Positions 15,420 through 16,923 of a stretch of 16,923 nucleotides of DNA are shown here, piece after piece (positions within the stretch are counted from its first letter, which is position 1; the number at the start of each line of letters is the position of its first letter). The position numbers were made by a program, and so were the translations under genes. The notes beneath the pieces are model-generated. The model worked only from the letters and a program-made list of their open reading frames with translations. It had not been told where the DNA came from and ran no database searches. The stretch lies in IMG/VR virus record IMGVR_UViG_3300045988_141692; one strand, given 5' to 3'. Source of the DNA: a virus.

Positions 15420-15453
15420 TAAAAATACATCTGTTCTATAATGTGTAGAACAG
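15417..15453 (-). terminator. Intrinsic terminator ending the right-arm early transcription unit
   Basis: The - strand reads CUGUUCUA-CACAUUA-UAGAACAG (8-bp stem, 15453..15431) followed by AUGUAUUUUUAUUU. It lies directly downstream of the 36-aa ORF and abuts the next promoter. Confidence 0.65.
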
Positions 15454-15467
15454 GTGTAACAATGGAC

Positions 15468-15578
15468 TTAAAAATTGTCTTTAATATACTTGATAACTTG
15501 TGCGGTTATGGAACAACCGATTAGATAGACTGTAAGAGATATTATTGCGGTTAAGACGATTATTAAGATTTCTATCAT
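15468..15578 (-). CDS. Single-TM micro-protein (36 aa), absent from the ORF track
   Basis: The ATG at 15578 overlaps the upstream TGA (ATGA). GGAGG lies 8 nt upstream. My translation is MIEILIIVLTAIISLTVYLIGCSITAQVIKYIKDNF, with TAA at 15470..15468. Confidence 0.5.
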   Translation of the reverse strand: MIEILIIVLTAIISLTVYLIGCSITAQVIKYIKDNF

Positions 15579-15881
15579 CTTGTTTTCCTCCATTTAGCAT
15601 TAGCCATTCTTAATAAAATTTCGTATGCATATTGCAGATGTTTTACATCTATAGTTCCATCAGGTTTAGTTATTCTTTCTAATGTAAAATCATCAATTGC
15701 AAAAGAATATCGTTCTTCTTGTAATAATAGCCCTCCTTCAAATGATAAATAGATAAATCTTGTCATTGTCTCAGGTGAATAAAATACAGAAACTTCATAA
15801 TGTCTAGCTGGTACAATCTCAAGAAATTTGATGATATTTCGTTCAAAAAAATTCCTGAATTTGAAAATTTATATTTGCCAT
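15575..15881 (-). CDS. Hypothetical early protein, interrupted at a T7 run (+1 frameshift or homopolymer error); the conservative ORF is 15575..15766
   Basis: The ATG at 15881 has a strong GGGAGG RBS but stops after 12 codons at UUU UUU UGA (15851..15843). The +1 frame is open from there and joins in frame to the tracked ORF, whose own ATG (15766) lacks an SD. The fused product would be 101 aa. Confidence 0.4.
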
Positions 15882-15883
15882 AT

Positions 15884-16204
15884 TTAATCCTCCCAAAATA
15901 CTGCGTTTTTTAACCTCTCTATATAATCTGGAAAATAATGCATCATATTGTATTCTAAGGCTGTTTCAAATGTGTTCAATGAAATGTATACTTTTGAGGT
16001 GTTAGTAACCCCATTAATCACCCTTGACCCTGTGAAATGCGAATCGAGAGTTATACATCCGAACTCATTTATATAAGCTGAAAATGTTTCGCCATCATCT
16101 GTCTCAATACAGCAGACTCTATCATTACGATAAAGTCTGAGATTATCTGAGCAAGTCTGTTCTATTAACTGTTCCATAATGTATTGAATTGCAATTAAGT
16201 TCAT
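15884..16204 (-). CDS. Hypothetical early protein (106 aa)
   Basis: I place the start at the internal ATG 16204 (MNLIAIQ...), which has AAGGAGG 7 nt upstream, right after the stop of the preceding gene. The ORF-track start at 16279 lies inside the upstream gene and has no RBS. Confidence 0.55.
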   Translation of the reverse strand: MNLIAIQYIMEQLIEQTCSDNLRLYRNDRVCCIETDDGETFSAYINEFGCITLDSHFTGSRVINGVTNTSKVYISLNTFETALEYNMMHYFPDYIERLKNAVFWED

Positions 16205-16217
16205 TGTGTTTCCTCCT

Positions 16218-16457
16218 TTACATGTTCCAAAGATAGTCGTTATAGTACTCGTATTCATAGTACGCTGGTTCAGATTCATATTCTTCTTCGGGGAATTCTG
16301 ACTCTTCTGAATGAATAAGAATTTCTTCTTCCATACAGGCTTTAAGAAGAGAATCAGAAACCTTTGAATATGTTTTAAGTAAAGCTTCTTTATTAAGTTG
16401 TTTGTTGTATCTCCTTGATACGAGAACCGCTTTTAATACCAGTTGTTCATGATTCAT
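16218..16457 (-). CDS. Early protein (79 aa) with an extremely acidic, Tyr-rich C-terminal half
   Basis: I place the start at ATG 16457 (MNHEQ...), which overlaps the upstream stop (ATGA) and has GGAGG 9 nt upstream. The C-terminal sequence is EEEILIHSEESEFPEEEYESEPAYYEYEYYNDYLWNM. Confidence 0.55.
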   Translation of the reverse strand: MNHEQLVLKAVLVSRRYNKQLNKEALLKTYSKVSDSLLKACMEEEILIHSEESEFPEEEYESEPAYYEYEYYNDYLWNM

Positions 16458-16615
16458 TTTTGTGACCTCCATATTCTATATTCTCTATGTTCCATAGGAA
16501 CGAATCCTCCTTCTACTTTTACTATCACGCAATTAGGGTTATAAAGCTTTGCATAATAACGTGAAGCCCAACAACATGTTTCCCAATTGAATCCTTTAAA
16601 CTCTTTTTTCTTCAT
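16454..16615 (-). CDS. Small basic early protein, paralog B (53 aa), absent from the ORF track
   Basis: The ATG at 16615 overlaps the upstream TGA (ATGA). My translation is MKKKEFKGFNWETCCWASRYYAKLYNPNCVIVKVEGGFVPMEHREYRIWRSQK, roughly 50% identical by eye to the product of 16612..16782. Confidence 0.6.
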   Translation of the reverse strand: MKKKEFKGFNWETCCWASRYYAKLYNPNCVIVKVEGGFVPMEHREYRIWRSQK

Positions 16616-16782
16616 TTCTGTTTCCTCCATTCTTTATATTCCTGAGTTGTCATGGACTTATATCCACCTTCTACCTTCACAGCAACGCGTTCAGGATGAT
16701 AATGTTTAGCCCAATACCTTGATGCGTATAATCTCTTGTCCCAGTCGTAACCTTTAAATTCTCCATATTTACTGAACATCAT
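16612..16782 (-). CDS. Small basic early protein, paralog A (about 55 aa)
   Basis: This is the first gene behind the ITR-R promoter and SD. The start is probably one of the ATG ATG pair at 16782/16779, the latter 5 nt after the GAGGG SD. The ORF-track GTG at 16803 lies upstream of the SD. The product is MMFSKYGEFKGYDWDKRLYASRYWAKHYHPERVAVKVEGGYKSMTTQEYKEWRKQK. Confidence 0.6.
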   Translation of the reverse strand: MMFSKYGEFKGYDWDKRLYASRYWAKHYHPERVAVKVEGGYKSMTTQEYKEWRKQK

Positions 16783-16923
16783 TTCCCTCTCTTTCTGATT
16801 CACTATATCTTTGTTACTATAGTAATTATATCACAGTGCACTTGAAAATGCAAGCTTTTTTAAAAAATTTGTGTGAGTGAATTTTGGTTTTCCAAAGTGC
16901 ATGTTTTGGGGCCGCGACCCCCC
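16778..16923. repeat. Right inverted terminal repeat (ITR-R), 146 bp
   Basis: Exact reverse complement of 1..146, checked base by base from the terminus inward. Confidence 0.95.
16814..16867 (-). promoter_or_regulatory. ITR-R early promoter (mirror copy of the ITR-L promoter)
   Basis: Identical sequence by ITR symmetry: -35 at 16848..16853, -10 at 16825..16830, palindrome at 16814..16825. It reads inward into the - strand early genes. Confidence 0.75.

Larger units (their letters stand above)
1..16923. mobile_element. Complete linear genome of a small phi29-like (protein-primed) podophage
   Basis: Both window ends are perfect inverted copies of each other (146 bp). The window encodes a protein-primed PolB, a terminal-protein candidate, a gp16-type packaging ATPase and a phi29-syntenic late operon. 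Genes are tightly packed with many ATGA/TAATG stop-start overlaps. No integrase or att-like features were seen. Confidence 0.85.

Noticed and set aside
1-16923. A search for tRNA, rRNA, CRISPR repeats, integrase/excisionase, toxin-antitoxin pairs or known defence/anti-defence cassettes
   Set aside because: I saw no cloverleaf-like GC-rich segments, no regularly spaced direct repeats, and no recombinase-sized ORF or motif. The coding space is fully accounted for by replication, packaging, structural, lysis and small early genes.

Overview
The window appears to be a complete 16,923-bp linear phage genome. It is bounded by perfect 146-bp inverted terminal repeats (1..146 and 16778..16923) that start with a G6 run. 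It encodes a protein-primed family-B DNA polymerase carrying all the phi29-type motifs, with a basic terminal-protein candidate directly upstream. A phi29-like late module follows in near-perfect synteny: packaging ATPase, scaffold, capsid with an Ig-like domain, tail knob, connector, lower collar, appendage and fibre proteins, tail lysozyme, holin and GH25 endolysin. I therefore read it as a small Picovirinae-type podophage, probably of a low-GC Bacillota host (the host call is inference). Three small genes on the left arm (147..761) lie on the + strand; every other gene is on the - strand. The two blocks converge on one shared hairpin terminator (770..803). Each ITR carries an identical near-consensus extended -10 promoter and Shine-Dalgarno sequence firing inward. 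Three further promoters of the same type sit at module boundaries, two of them partly inside the 3' ends of upstream genes. The observations most worth a second look are these. (1) A 163-nt non-coding gap beside the packaging ATPase has its own consensus promoter and folds with paired 5'/3' ends, making it a candidate packaging RNA (pRNA). (2) An early gene is interrupted at a T7 run, which implies a +1 frameshift or a homopolymer error. (3) Several short ORFs are missing from the supplied track: a tandem paralog, a 36-aa protein with one predicted TM segment and a 50-aa protein with two. (4) An early protein has an extremely acidic, Tyr-rich tail. (5) A perfect 12-bp palindrome lies over the ITR promoter start site. 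I found no tRNA, CRISPR array, integrase or recognisable defence system. All homology statements come from reading motifs by eye and from memory of the families, not from searches.
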